DNA of 38,434 nucleotides from a virus (Duplodnaviria; Caudoviricetes), in the IMG/VR virus record IMGVR_UViG_3300046010_005694, positions 1-38,434 of that record; one strand, 5' to 3'. The translations under genes were made by a program, and so were the position numbers. Positions 1 to 7,630 of the stretch are shown one piece after another (the stretch's first letter is position 1; each line of letters opens with the position of its first letter). The notes under the pieces were generated by a model. The model did not search any database and was not told where the DNA came from. It saw only the letters and a list, made by a program, of their open reading frames with translations.

Positions 1-11
1 TCTTCCGATCT
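1..11 (+). other. Illumina adapter remnant (TCTTCCGATCT), sequencing artefact
   Basis: Identical to the 3' end of the TruSeq adapter (GCTCTTCCGATCT) at the contig start. Confidence 0.8.
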
Positions 12-19
12 AGGGAGGA

Positions 20-29
20 GGAACGGTCG
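20..29. other. Putative cos cohesive-end sequence, left copy (GGAACGGTCG)
   Basis: Same 10-mer at 38415-38424; joining the ends places it between HNH and terS, the usual cos position. Confidence 0.6.
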
Positions 30-117
30 GTTTCCAGTCCCGCCGTTCTCTGTACTTTTACCCCGCCCCCGTCGCCGATAGCCCTGTGCCTTGCCAAAAC
101 GCGCCAGGATCGACGAT

Positions 118-426
118 CTAAAATTTCCCGTGCCGCGCCTTAGCTTCGCGCTTCGTCTTCTCTGCGTGGCATTCCTTGCATAATCCGCGAAGGTTCGACA
201 ACTCGTTCGAACCGCCCTGTTCGAGCGGCGTGTCGTGATCCACTTCGTCGGCTACTCGCCCGCATCCATTTGCACACATGCAATTCGTTGCAAGCAATAC
301 CGATTCGCGCTTGCGCATCCACGGGCGACCGCTTTCGCGGGGTGTCGCACCCGCTTTTGTGTCGAGCGTTTTAACGCGCGAAACGCTTGTTGCGCCGATT
401 CGCGCTTTGATCGTTGTTAATGCCAT
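118..426 (-). CDS. HNH endonuclease, terminase-associated (HK97 gp74-like)
   Basis: CANGC...EVDHDTPLEQGGSNELSNLRGLCKECHAEKT motif; directly upstream of cos/terS on the circle. Confidence 0.92.
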   Translation of the reverse strand: MALTTIKARIGATSVSRVKTLDTKAGATPRESGRPWMRKRESVLLATNCMCANGCGRVADEVDHDTPLEQGGSNELSNLRGLCKECHAEKTKREAKARHGKF

Positions 427-505
427 GTAGTTTTTAACGGTTGCGCGTTCGTTGCGCTGTCGTGTTAAGTGCGATTAGGTGCAAGACTCGGCAACCGTTA
501 AAACG

Positions 506-530
506 AAAAAACCCCGCACTCGGCGGGGTT
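506..530 (-). terminator. Intrinsic terminator after the late promoter (tR'-like)
   Basis: Minus strand AACCCCGC-CGAGT-GCGGGGTT plus U-tract, ~35 nt after the predicted +1. Confidence 0.75.
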
Positions 531-570
531 CGTGTTTGTTTAGTGCGCAAAACTCAACACTAGCGAAAAG

Positions 571-618
571 ATGGTATCTTTTGTGGCACAACTTTGCAAA
601 GCCTATTTTGTGGCACAA
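571..618 (-). promoter_or_regulatory. Late promoter (pR'-like) with two TTGTG-G-CACAA palindromic boxes
   Basis: Minus strand TTGCAA (599-594), 17-bp spacer, TACCAT (576-571); 13-bp repeat TTTTGTGGCACAA at 579-591 and 606-618. Confidence 0.7.
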
Positions 619-636
619 ATTACTATCGAATGATTG

Positions 637-1092
637 TTATGTTTTTACAGGGAATAACTCGAACGCTTCGCCCGTGCAAACTTTTGCAAATTGCGACGCA
701 TTAAAATCTTTGTCATCTTCGAACTTAAAGGCGGGCTTTTGCCCCGCCATGTAGAAAAAGATTTTAAAACCCTCGTTTCCGTTGTACGCCCGAGCCCCGT
801 TCGCCTCGCCGCAAAAAACCCCACTTTTGAACGTTCCTTTAACGTTTCGAAATTGCACCTCGGTCGGGTGCTTGAAAGTGTTAATGATTACTTTCTTTGC
901 GTCCGCCCAGGCTTTCTGCATTTCCCAATCGACTTCGGGTTCTTTCTTCGGCTTGGCTTTGCCGCATGATTTCTTCGGGTCTTCGACCATTCGCAACTCG
1001 GCAGGCGACAACTTCGAGCAATCGATTTGTTTTTGCGCGAACGCCGCGCCCGAGGATAGAACAAGACCAACGACAAAAAGGTGTTTCAGCAT
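637..1092 (-). CDS. Secreted/periplasmic protein (moron-like)
   Basis: Signal peptide MLKHLFVVGLVLSSGAAFA; FKHP..VQFRNV....FCGEANG...Y.G.EGF motif of a common small exported family. Confidence 0.75.
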   Translation of the reverse strand: MLKHLFVVGLVLSSGAAFAQKQIDCSKLSPAELRMVEDPKKSCGKAKPKKEPEVDWEMQKAWADAKKVIINTFKHPTEVQFRNVKGTFKSGVFCGEANGARAYNGNEGFKIFFYMAGQKPAFKFEDDKDFNASQFAKVCTGEAFELFPVKT

Positions 1093-1148
1093 ACCGCCCC
1101 CAAGAGTTTACATAAAAGCACGACTGTATCTTGAGGGGCTCGCGGTGT

Positions 1149-1436
1149 CTATCCTTGCGTAAAGTCTTCTAGCCTATATTCGACGGTCGGCGGGGTTCTT
1201 TCGCTGTAGGTAAGGGACAGCGTCCGCGCATAACTAGCCACGTATTGACGCCTTACGCCGGGGGGTTCGCTAATCGGGTTGAATCGAATCGTCTCGTATT
1301 CGGGCTCGACACCCAGGCTTATCGTGTGTAATCGCGCGTCGCCCCGCTCTATCCGGTCGGCTAGACCACGCAAAGCGGCGACCGCGGCGGCGACGTTTTC
1401 ATCAATCGCCTTTAACGCAGGATTAGGCTTTCTCAT
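1149..1436 (-). CDS. Hypothetical protein
   Basis: 95-aa ORF whose ATG overlaps the upstream stop codon (ATGA). Confidence 0.65.
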   Translation of the reverse strand: MRKPNPALKAIDENVAAAVAALRGLADRIERGDARLHTISLGVEPEYETIRFNPISEPPGVRRQYVASYARTLSLTYSERTPPTVEYRLEDFTQG

Positions 1437-1873
1437 TCAGACCTCGCACAAAGACGATACGCCAAGCGGTAGTCGCTCGCCCGCACCTCGGCGTCGCTCT
1501 GGTGATTACCGAAAAGCGCATAGTCGAGTTGAATGTACATGTGCTTTAAACGTTCCGAGTACACTTCGCGCGTAATGCCTAGTACCTGGGCTTTCGACTT
1601 TTGCGGGCGGTTGTCGCTGTACTCCATCACCAACACTTGTCGATAGTATGTCGAAATACCGTCGATCAACTTATCAAGCGTTTTGATATGCGCGGGTACT
1701 TCTTGCGCGACGAACGTGTCGGTGTTCCGGTTGCTCGTTTGCACCCGCTCGTTCGCAAAAGAGACCGAACGCGGAAAACCACCCTCGTTTCGATCTTTGT
1801 AGAAAAACGCGCGTTCGCGCAAGCGGTCTTTAATCCGGTCTAAGTTAATGCTGTCGTTTGCTTGTATCGTCAT
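1433..1873 (-). CDS. Late-gene regulator, antiterminator Q-like / sigma region 4-type HTH
   Basis: C-terminal YRQVLVMEY....QKSKAQVLGITREVYSERL HTH pattern; lies between replication genes and the late promoter. Confidence 0.7.
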   Translation of the reverse strand: MTIQANDSINLDRIKDRLRERAFFYKDRNEGGFPRSVSFANERVQTSNRNTDTFVAQEVPAHIKTLDKLIDGISTYYRQVLVMEYSDNRPQKSKAQVLGITREVYSERLKHMYIQLDYALFGNHQSDAEVRASDYRLAYRLCARSE

Positions 1874-1876
1874 TTT

Positions 1877-2197
1877 TTACACCTTTGCTTTCTTTAAGTC
1901 CCGAGATTTTTTAATCGCTTGTTGCCAAATCAAAGACGATTCGACTTTTGATAGCTTGTGCGCTTCACAGTGTTTTCGCGCGAAGCTTTGTGTCCCTTCT
2001 TCACTGGTTGTCTTGCCTGGTGTTTTTACTTTGATTTCGCAACCACACACCGCGCACCCCGACACCCAAACCCGCAAAGTCGTTTCGGTTCCATCTTTCC
2101 GCTTGTAGGGTTCCGAACCGACGCATTTCCACACCTGCCCGTTTTTTGCAAAAACTTGCAAATTATCACCGCTCGCATTTTCCAAAATATCACCCAT
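1877..2197 (-). CDS. Hypothetical protein with CxxC (possible Zn ribbon)
   Basis: 106-aa ORF with CAVCG and C..H; co-oriented, 3 bp from the next gene. Confidence 0.6.
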   Translation of the reverse strand: MGDILENASGDNLQVFAKNGQVWKCVGSEPYKRKDGTETTLRVWVSGCAVCGCEIKVKTPGKTTSEEGTQSFARKHCEAHKLSKVESSLIWQQAIKKSRDLKKAKV

Positions 2198-2225
2198 ATA
2201 TAAAAGTTAATTGTCCGCTCAAATA

Positions 2226-2346
2226 TCCCGCCCCTCTTTTCCCGCTTCCCGCTCTCTTATAAAGAGAGCGAGCGGGCGGGAACGAAATTAGGGGTTTTTC
2301 CCGTTTAATTCCCGACGGGATTCGGCGGGAAACGGGAAACGGGAAA
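2226..2346. repeat. Iteron-like TTCCCG/CGGGAA repeats and palindrome; putative replication origin
   Basis: Multiple (T)TCCCG / CGGGA(A) copies around CGCTCTCT-TATAA-AGAGAGCG (2250-2270) at the 3' end of the primase-helicase gene. Confidence 0.45.
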
Positions 2347-4407
2347 GTATTTGTCGTTTTCGAACGCTAAAATTTCCGACTTCACCAAGGTTTCGAGCGC
2401 TTCTTTTGCGCGTTGTTTTCGGTGCTTCGGGCTTGCGTCGGGGTTCACTAGCGCAAGTTTTAAGACAATCGCGTTTAGTAGGGTGCTTTCTTCGACTGGT
2501 TCGCCCGCTGTTTCACAAATGCCCGTCACCACTTCGAGAGCGACTTTCTGGTTCCCCTTAAGCCCTTCGCCGCCCGCTTTCTTGTCCTGGGCGACTTGCG
2601 CCGCCGCTTTGTTGTCGCCCGCTTGGATCACGCAACTTGTGATTGTCTCGCCGTCTTCGTCCTCGCCGATTTCGACAATGTTCAACTTAAAGCCGAATTG
2701 ATCGCCTTCACCGCTGCCGTCTTTTTGCTTATCGATCACCGCCGCCCGCTCGTCACCGTTGCGAATAACTTCTATTTGTGCGTCCGCTGCACCACGCAAA
2801 CCCGACCACCCCCGCACACCGCGACTCGCATCCTTACCCGTGTGACTGATAAGCACGATTAACGCACCCGTCGCGCGGTGTAGCGCTTTGCAATGCGCAA
2901 GGGCTCGCGATACGTCCTCGCCGCTGTTCTCGTTGCCCTGGAAGCTTTGCGCAAAGGTGTCGACCACGATCACGTCGACCTTGCCGAACGCACGAAGCGC
3001 GAGTATCAGGTCTTTAATGTCGGTCTTTTCCATAAGGTTTGGAGCTTCCGCGATGATGCCGATGTCGAGCGCGTCCGGGGCGACCCCGTTAAACTCGCAA
3101 TAAGCCTTAAGGCGATTGCGGCACCCGCCCGCACCTTCGGCGGCGATGTAGACCGCCCGACCCTTCGCGACCTTCTTGCCGCGCCATTCGTCGCCGCGAG
3201 CGATTGCCCCGAGCATATCGAAGACGAAAAAAGATTTGCCCGAGCCCGAATCGCCGAAGACGACCATTAACTCGGCGCGGGGCATCACGCCTTTAATGAT
3301 CCATTGCGGGGCTCGACGGGTGAGAAATTGCGACGCGCTTTGCACCTGGAAGCGAACCGCTTGCGCAATCTTTTTTAATTCGCCTGGTGGGGTGTCGACC
3401 ACGTCGAAATCGTCGGCGACTGTGCCCGTCGCTTTTGGCGCTGGGGTATCGGGAACCCCGCCGCCTAGGTCGTCGAACTCGTCCACCCGAAGCGAAGCGA
3501 GTTCGAGTGCACGACCGCGCCCCTTGCAACACATTTCGCGCCATACATATAACATTGCGCGGTCGTGATCTTGGCGGCGATGATCGAGCGCAATTTCCAT
3601 CACGTACTCGTTCGACGCCAGGATCGAGAACACTTCGTCGTCGGGCAAACCCGCCGAGTAAAGCGCGACCGCCGAAGCGAACACCGCGCGGGAGCGGTCG
3701 CCACTGTGCAAACCTTCGATTAAGAAGTCTTTCACCTGGTAAGGCAAATCAAGACCGGACAAGTCGGGCAACATGAAATCGTCGAGAACGTCGGGCATGT
3801 TCAAGTCGATAACGTCCGCCTTCTTGCGCTCTTTCGCGTATTGCGTCGAGAGTTCGGCAAATAGCGCGGCGGCGGGTGCGCAAACGTCCGTCGGTGTTCC
3901 TGGGAGGTGTTCACCTGTTACGGTCAAGAAGCGCGCTTCGTTGCCCGCGTAGATTTCGACGCCAATGTCGTGATTGTTCCAATCGTCGGGAATTTCGCCC
4001 GATGCCAGGATTCGCAAACCCCGACCGCTTGGGCTTAACTCGGTATAACTCGCAAGCTTGTCGACAATGTCTTGCGCCCAGGGCGCAACAACACCGCCCG
4101 CGACGCAGTTATCAAGATCGACACCGACGACACCATGGGGGTTCGTCATCACGTACCCAACGCCCGCGAACTTGGTCGGGTTTGCTTTGTACGCTTTGAG
4201 CGCTTGGGCATAAGTGCCCCACCGTTCGGGCTTGGCGGTCGAGATACCGAACTCGGGATTAGTCGGCGAATGAGGGATTTTGTCGAACTTCCCTTTTTTC
4301 TCATTGAGTACCGCCCGCCAAGGTGCCCAACGTTTTTGTGCTTTGAGCGATTCGGGGATCGCTCGACCGTCAAACGGTCGAATTATTGGGGTGTCCGCTG
4401 TCATCAC
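2305..4407 (-). CDS. Primase-polymerase (NrS-1-like PrimPol) fused to AAA_25/RepA-like helicase
   Basis: N-terminal VGVDLDNC and YTELSPSGRGLRI motifs; C-terminal Walker A GDSGSGKS, Walker B VIVVDT, HTGKD..RGVRGWSGL. Confidence 0.88.
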   Translation of the reverse strand: MMTADTPIIRPFDGRAIPESLKAQKRWAPWRAVLNEKKGKFDKIPHSPTNPEFGISTAKPERWGTYAQALKAYKANPTKFAGVGYVMTNPHGVVGVDLDNCVAGGVVAPWAQDIVDKLASYTELSPSGRGLRILASGEIPDDWNNHDIGVEIYAGNEARFLTVTGEHLPGTPTDVCAPAAALFAELSTQYAKERKKADVIDLNMPDVLDDFMLPDLSGLDLPYQVKDFLIEGLHSGDRSRAVFASAVALYSAGLPDDEVFSILASNEYVMEIALDHRRQDHDRAMLYVWREMCCKGRGRALELASLRVDEFDDLGGGVPDTPAPKATGTVADDFDVVDTPPGELKKIAQAVRFQVQSASQFLTRRAPQWIIKGVMPRAELMVVFGDSGSGKSFFVFDMLGAIARGDEWRGKKVAKGRAVYIAAEGAGGCRNRLKAYCEFNGVAPDALDIGIIAEAPNLMEKTDIKDLILALRAFGKVDVIVVDTFAQSFQGNENSGEDVSRALAHCKALHRATGALIVLISHTGKDASRGVRGWSGLRGAADAQIEVIRNGDERAAVIDKQKDGSGEGDQFGFKLNIVEIGEDEDGETITSCVIQAGDNKAAAQVAQDKKAGGEGLKGNQKVALEVVTGICETAGEPVEESTLLNAIVLKLALVNPDASPKHRKQRAKEALETLVKSEILAFENDKYFPVSRFPPNPVGN

Positions 4408-4417
4408 GCCGAGCCCC

Positions 4418-4666
4418 TTATAGGTCGACCGTAGCGAACGCGGAACGAATGCGCGGGCTAACTAAGCGGGCGCGGGGTACGCCGAATTGCGCTTCGATTT
4501 CGATTGCACGGTCAAGGGGCGTCCAACCTTGCTTAAGCCACCCGCTCACGGCTTGCTGCGATACGCCCAGGGCTTCGGATAACAAGTCCTGGGTGCCCGC
4601 GAGCGCGATTGCGTCTTCGATGCCTGTTGTATTTGGGGTTTCTTGATTAAGTATTGTCTGTTCCAT
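4418..4666 (-). CDS. Cro-like / YdaS-family HTH regulator
   Basis: AGTQDLLSEALGVSQQAVSGW HTH; divergent from the repressor. Confidence 0.88.
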   Translation of the reverse strand: MEQTILNQETPNTTGIEDAIALAGTQDLLSEALGVSQQAVSGWLKQGWTPLDRAIEIEAQFGVPRARLVSPRIRSAFATVDL

Positions 4667-4759
4667 TTTGTACTTTCCTTTCTAACGAATAAAACTTTAA
4701 AAAGTATTGTACAACCTATTAATCGTTAAAACCAATAAATTATTACCGAAGGAGTTTTA

Positions 4760-4787
4760 TTGCCTTTTCATAATTACCTAATATAAT
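4760..4787 (+). promoter_or_regulatory. Probable repressor promoter
   Basis: TTGCCT, 16-bp spacer, TATAAT in the AT-rich cro-repressor intergenic region. Confidence 0.5.
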
Positions 4788-4876
4788 GCGACCTAACACA
4801 AGCATTAACTAGTATTTACATGTAAAGCCGCGTCACCCCCGACGCTAACGTGTAAATATCTTTAAACGAGGAATAT

Positions 4877-5647
4877 ATGGCGATCACTGGCAACATGATT
4901 GAAAACCCACTAGGCACGTATATCAAAGCTTTGCGCATTGATAAAGGGTTGACGCAAAAGATGCTGGGCGACCTTTGCGGCGTATCCCAAACATCGATAG
5001 GAGTGTGGGAATCGGGAAGTAATCGCCCAACAGTTGAAAATCTACACTCGCTTTCTGGTGCTCTAGGCGTCCCAGTTTCAACCTTACGGGAAAAACTCAT
5101 AGAATCCGTTGAGGCAAAAATTCACGTAAGAGATGTAAAAAGCGAGACGCAAAGCAATGAAATCTCAGAGGATCACAAACGCGCTTTGCTAAAAGCGGTG
5201 AACAATAGCTTAGAAGACATTGGAAGATCGCCGGTAAAAGTTGATAGCATCAAGGAGTTCGCGGCGGCCAATATTGAAGGGTGTAGCATTGATGTGCAAA
5301 CCCGCACCCCGTCTGGGGTGCAATGGGACACCGACTTCGAAAACGCTAACTTTGTTTTCGTGATCTGTACATCGTGGAACCCAAACTACATACTTCAAGA
5401 AGCGTACCACCTCGCCAGCTACAGGGCATGGAAACAAGACGATAGAGGGTATTACGTCATCGCGATAGAGGACGAGCCTTTACCAGAATCTAGAATTACC
5501 TTAAGGCTAGGTGAGCGGATTTTAAAAACCCACGACGCAGAAGCCAGCATGCTAGGAGTCCAGATCGAAAGGGTTAGGAACGTCCAAGACGCAATCGAAA
5601 CCATAATGTCGATTCAAGAGTGGCACAAGCATGTGAAAGCAAAGTAA
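4877..5647 (+). CDS. XRE-family prophage repressor (CI-like) with atypical C-terminal domain
   Basis: IKALRIDKGLTQKMLGDLCGVSQTSIGVWESGSNRP HTH_3; GAGGA RBS; divergent from cro; own terminator. Confidence 0.85.
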   Translation: MAITGNMIENPLGTYIKALRIDKGLTQKMLGDLCGVSQTSIGVWESGSNRPTVENLHSLSGALGVPVSTLREKLIESVEAKIHVRDVKSETQSNEISEDHKRALLKAVNNSLEDIGRSPVKVDSIKEFAAANIEGCSIDVQTRTPSGVQWDTDFENANFVFVICTSWNPNYILQEAYHLASYRAWKQDDRGYYVIAIEDEPLPESRITLRLGERILKTHDAEASMLGVQIERVRNVQDAIETIMSIQEWHKHVKAK

Positions 5648-5675
5648 CAGAAAACCACACATTACAAAAACATAC

Positions 5676-5700
5676 AAACCGCCTTCGGGCGGTTTTTTTT
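5676..5700 (+). terminator. Intrinsic terminator after the repressor
   Basis: AAACCGCC-TTCG-GGCGGTTT plus T run. Confidence 0.9.
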
Positions 5701-5718
5701 CGACTAAAACGAATTTAT

Positions 5719-5783
5719 ACAACCAAAAGGCTTTACAACATCTGAATTTTGATCTAAAGTTGTTTTAAGCAAGAAAAACAACC
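5719..5783 (+). promoter_or_regulatory. Early promoter with candidate operator half-sites (ACAAC)
   Basis: TTTACA (5732-5737), 17-bp spacer, TAAAGT (5755-5760); ACAACC at 5719 and 5778, ACAAC/GTTGT at 5736/5759; ACAACC also at 4711 upstream of cro. Confidence 0.55.
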
Positions 5784-5811
5784 TTATAAAACAAAGCAGA
5801 GAGGTAAGGCG

Positions 5812-5976
5812 ATGTATCTACACGACCAAATACTAGCACCGCGTCTAAAAATAACATGGAGTATCGGCGGCATCTACTACGGCGGTGCCGTCTACGTGGA
5901 TGACGGCTTCGGTAATTACCTAAAGACCAAATGGTGTTCATCCGCGCGTTTCCTCTCTCGTAACCAAGGAGTGTAA
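5812..5976 (+). CDS. Small hypothetical protein (54 aa; not in ORF track)
   Basis: GAGG RBS; MYLHDQILAPRLKITWSIGGIYYGGAVYVDDGFGNYLKTKWCSSARFLSRNQGV; ends 4 bp before the next gene. Confidence 0.65.
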   Translation: MYLHDQILAPRLKITWSIGGIYYGGAVYVDDGFGNYLKTKWCSSARFLSRNQGV

Positions 5977-5980
5977 CGCC

Positions 5981-6334
5981 ATGAGCAACCACCAACACAC
6001 AAACCTCTCTTTATTGTCCGACGCCGAATTGATTCGCCACGTCGACAACGGTCTCGACAAATTAACGTCGACCGACCTCGAAATCGAATTGCTTGCACGT
6101 TTCGAAAGTCACTCGGAAACATTGCGCGACTTGTCGCCAGTGCTTGAATACATCGACGCCGAAGCGCTTAACGCGGAGTCAATCGCCGCCGATTTGATCT
6201 TCGCAAAACAGATTCGCGACTTGCTCGCGGAGCATAACCACAAGGACATCGACGACTTGCAAATATCGCTCGAAGCCCTGGCAGAAATCGCCGCCAATGT
6301 AAAAACCACGAAATTTTCAACCCCTAACACTTAA
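5981..6334 (+). CDS. Hypothetical protein
   Basis: AAGGAG RBS; 117-aa acidic helical ORF in the early operon. Confidence 0.8.
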   Translation: MSNHQHTNLSLLSDAELIRHVDNGLDKLTSTDLEIELLARFESHSETLRDLSPVLEYIDAEALNAESIAADLIFAKQIRDLLAEHNHKDIDDLQISLEALAEIAANVKTTKFSTPNT

Positions 6335-6345
6335 CAGGTGCAAAC

Positions 6346-6762
6346 ATGAGTTTAGAACTAGCCATTAAAGAGAACACCGCCGCCGTCGAATCACTCGCGG
6401 CTTATTTGAAAAACCTTTTCACAACCGACCGTGCCGCCCTGGCATTGACGGCACACGTCGACACCGTCGTCGACACGAAAGTCGCCAAGACCGAAACGAA
6501 AACGGCAAAAAGCGAAACGGCACCCGCCCATAAGACTAATTTAACCGCGAAAACGGAAACACAAGCCGACGTCGCAGGGAAGTCCGTCGAAGCAAAGGTC
6601 GAAGTCGTTACATACGAGGAACTGAAAAAAGCGATTGTCGCTTTCCAACAAGCGAACGGGCGCGAAAAAGCAATCGCCGCGCTTGCTTCCCTGGGTGTCG
6701 CGAAGGGCACCGATTTAAAACCCGAACAATATGCCGAAGCGTTGGTATTGTTCACGGCTTAA
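6346..6762 (+). CDS. Conserved phage protein typically upstream of DUF2800
   Basis: MSLELAIKENTAA N-terminus and GREKAIAALASLGVAKGTDLKPEQY C-terminus with a low-complexity linker. Confidence 0.8.
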   Translation: MSLELAIKENTAAVESLAAYLKNLFTTDRAALALTAHVDTVVDTKVAKTETKTAKSETAPAHKTNLTAKTETQADVAGKSVEAKVEVVTYEELKKAIVAFQQANGREKAIAALASLGVAKGTDLKPEQYAEALVLFTA

Positions 6763-6775
6763 GGCGGGTGAAAAC

Positions 6776-7630
6776 ATGAAACTCGATAAAGACCTTTTAA
6801 AAAGTTGGAACCCGTGCGCCGACGGCTTCCAGTGGTTTCTGAAAAACTTCCCGCAAGGCGGTGACATCGCGGAAATTAACACCGCGCTTCGTGCGGAGCA
6901 TCGATACGACGATTCTAATTGGTTGACAAACCGCGTTTTTGAATCGTTCGTCGTTTCACCTGAAAACATCGCGAGCTATACGGACGACACGGTAAAAGCC
7001 ACCTTGAAAGAAACCGAAGGCGCGGAGCAAAGCGCGTCGGGTTATTCCAGCACGGCAGCATCGTCGGGTAATTACAGCAAGGCAGCATCGTCGGGTTATT
7101 CCAGCAAGGCAGCATCGTCGGGTGAATCCAGCACGGCAGCATCGTCGGGTTATTCCAGCACGGCAGCATCGTCGGGTTATTCCAGCACGGCAGCATCGTC
7201 GGGTAATTACAGCAAGGCAGCATCGTCGGGTGAATCCAGCACGGCAGCATCGTCGGGTGAATCCAGCACGGCAGCATCGTCGGGTTATTCCAGCACGGCA
7301 GCATCGTCGGGTAATTACAGCAAGGCAGCATCGTCGGGTTATTCCAGCACGGCAGCATCGTCGGGTTATTCCAGCACGGCAGCATCGTCGGGTAATTACA
7401 GCACGGCAGCATCGTCGGGTTATTCCAGCACGGCAGAAGCAAAAGGCGAAAAAACGATCGCTATGGTCGCGGGCATAAATGGTCGTGCGAAAGTTGGTGT
7501 CGGCGGCGTTTTTGCACTTCCTTTCTTGGACGATAACGAAAAACTGCGCGTCGCGGTTGGTATTGAGGGCGAAAACATTGTCGCCGATACCTGGTATCGC
7601 GTAACAAACGGCGAATTGGTGCAAGCATGA
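6776..7630 (+). CDS. Phage protein with 15 x 9-aa Ser/Gly/Ala repeats (probable beta-solenoid)
   Basis: Likely start ATG 6776 (MKLDKDLL); N-terminal WNPCADGFQWF domain, (SG[YNE][SY]S[TK]AAS)x15, C-terminal GENIVADTWY. Confidence 0.85.
   Translation: MKLDKDLLKSWNPCADGFQWFLKNFPQGGDIAEINTALRAEHRYDDSNWLTNRVFESFVVSPENIASYTDDTVKATLKETEGAEQSASGYSSTAASSGNYSKAASSGYSSKAASSGESSTAASSGYSSTAASSGYSSTAASSGNYSKAASSGESSTAASSGESSTAASSGYSSTAASSGNYSKAASSGYSSTAASSGYSSTAASSGNYSTAASSGYSSTAEAKGEKTIAMVAGINGRAKVGVGGVFALPFLDDNEKLRVAVGIEGENIVADTWYRVTNGELVQA
7037..7441 (+). repeat. 27-bp coding tandem repeat, 15 copies
   Basis: Near-invariant GGCAGCATCGTCGGGT core plus a few alternative 11-nt segments. Confidence 0.97.

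Noticed and set aside
1-19. Terminal bases as a biological terminal repeat or hairpin telomere
   Set aside because: Bases 1-11 match the Illumina adapter and the right-end fold-back is short and imperfect; no protelomerase is encoded and the integrase has a tRNA attP.
7037-7441. Possible CRISPR array or DGR template/variable repeats
   Set aside because: Units are 27 bp, in frame, with only five recurring 11-nt variants rather than unique spacers; no cas operon or reverse transcriptase in the window.
6915-7624. Alternative-frame repeat ORFs (MLPCWNNPT..., RRCCRAGIT..., PARQHRRV...)
   Set aside because: Shadow frames of a stop-free 27-bp repeat; only the SGYSSTAAS frame has flanking domains and operon context.
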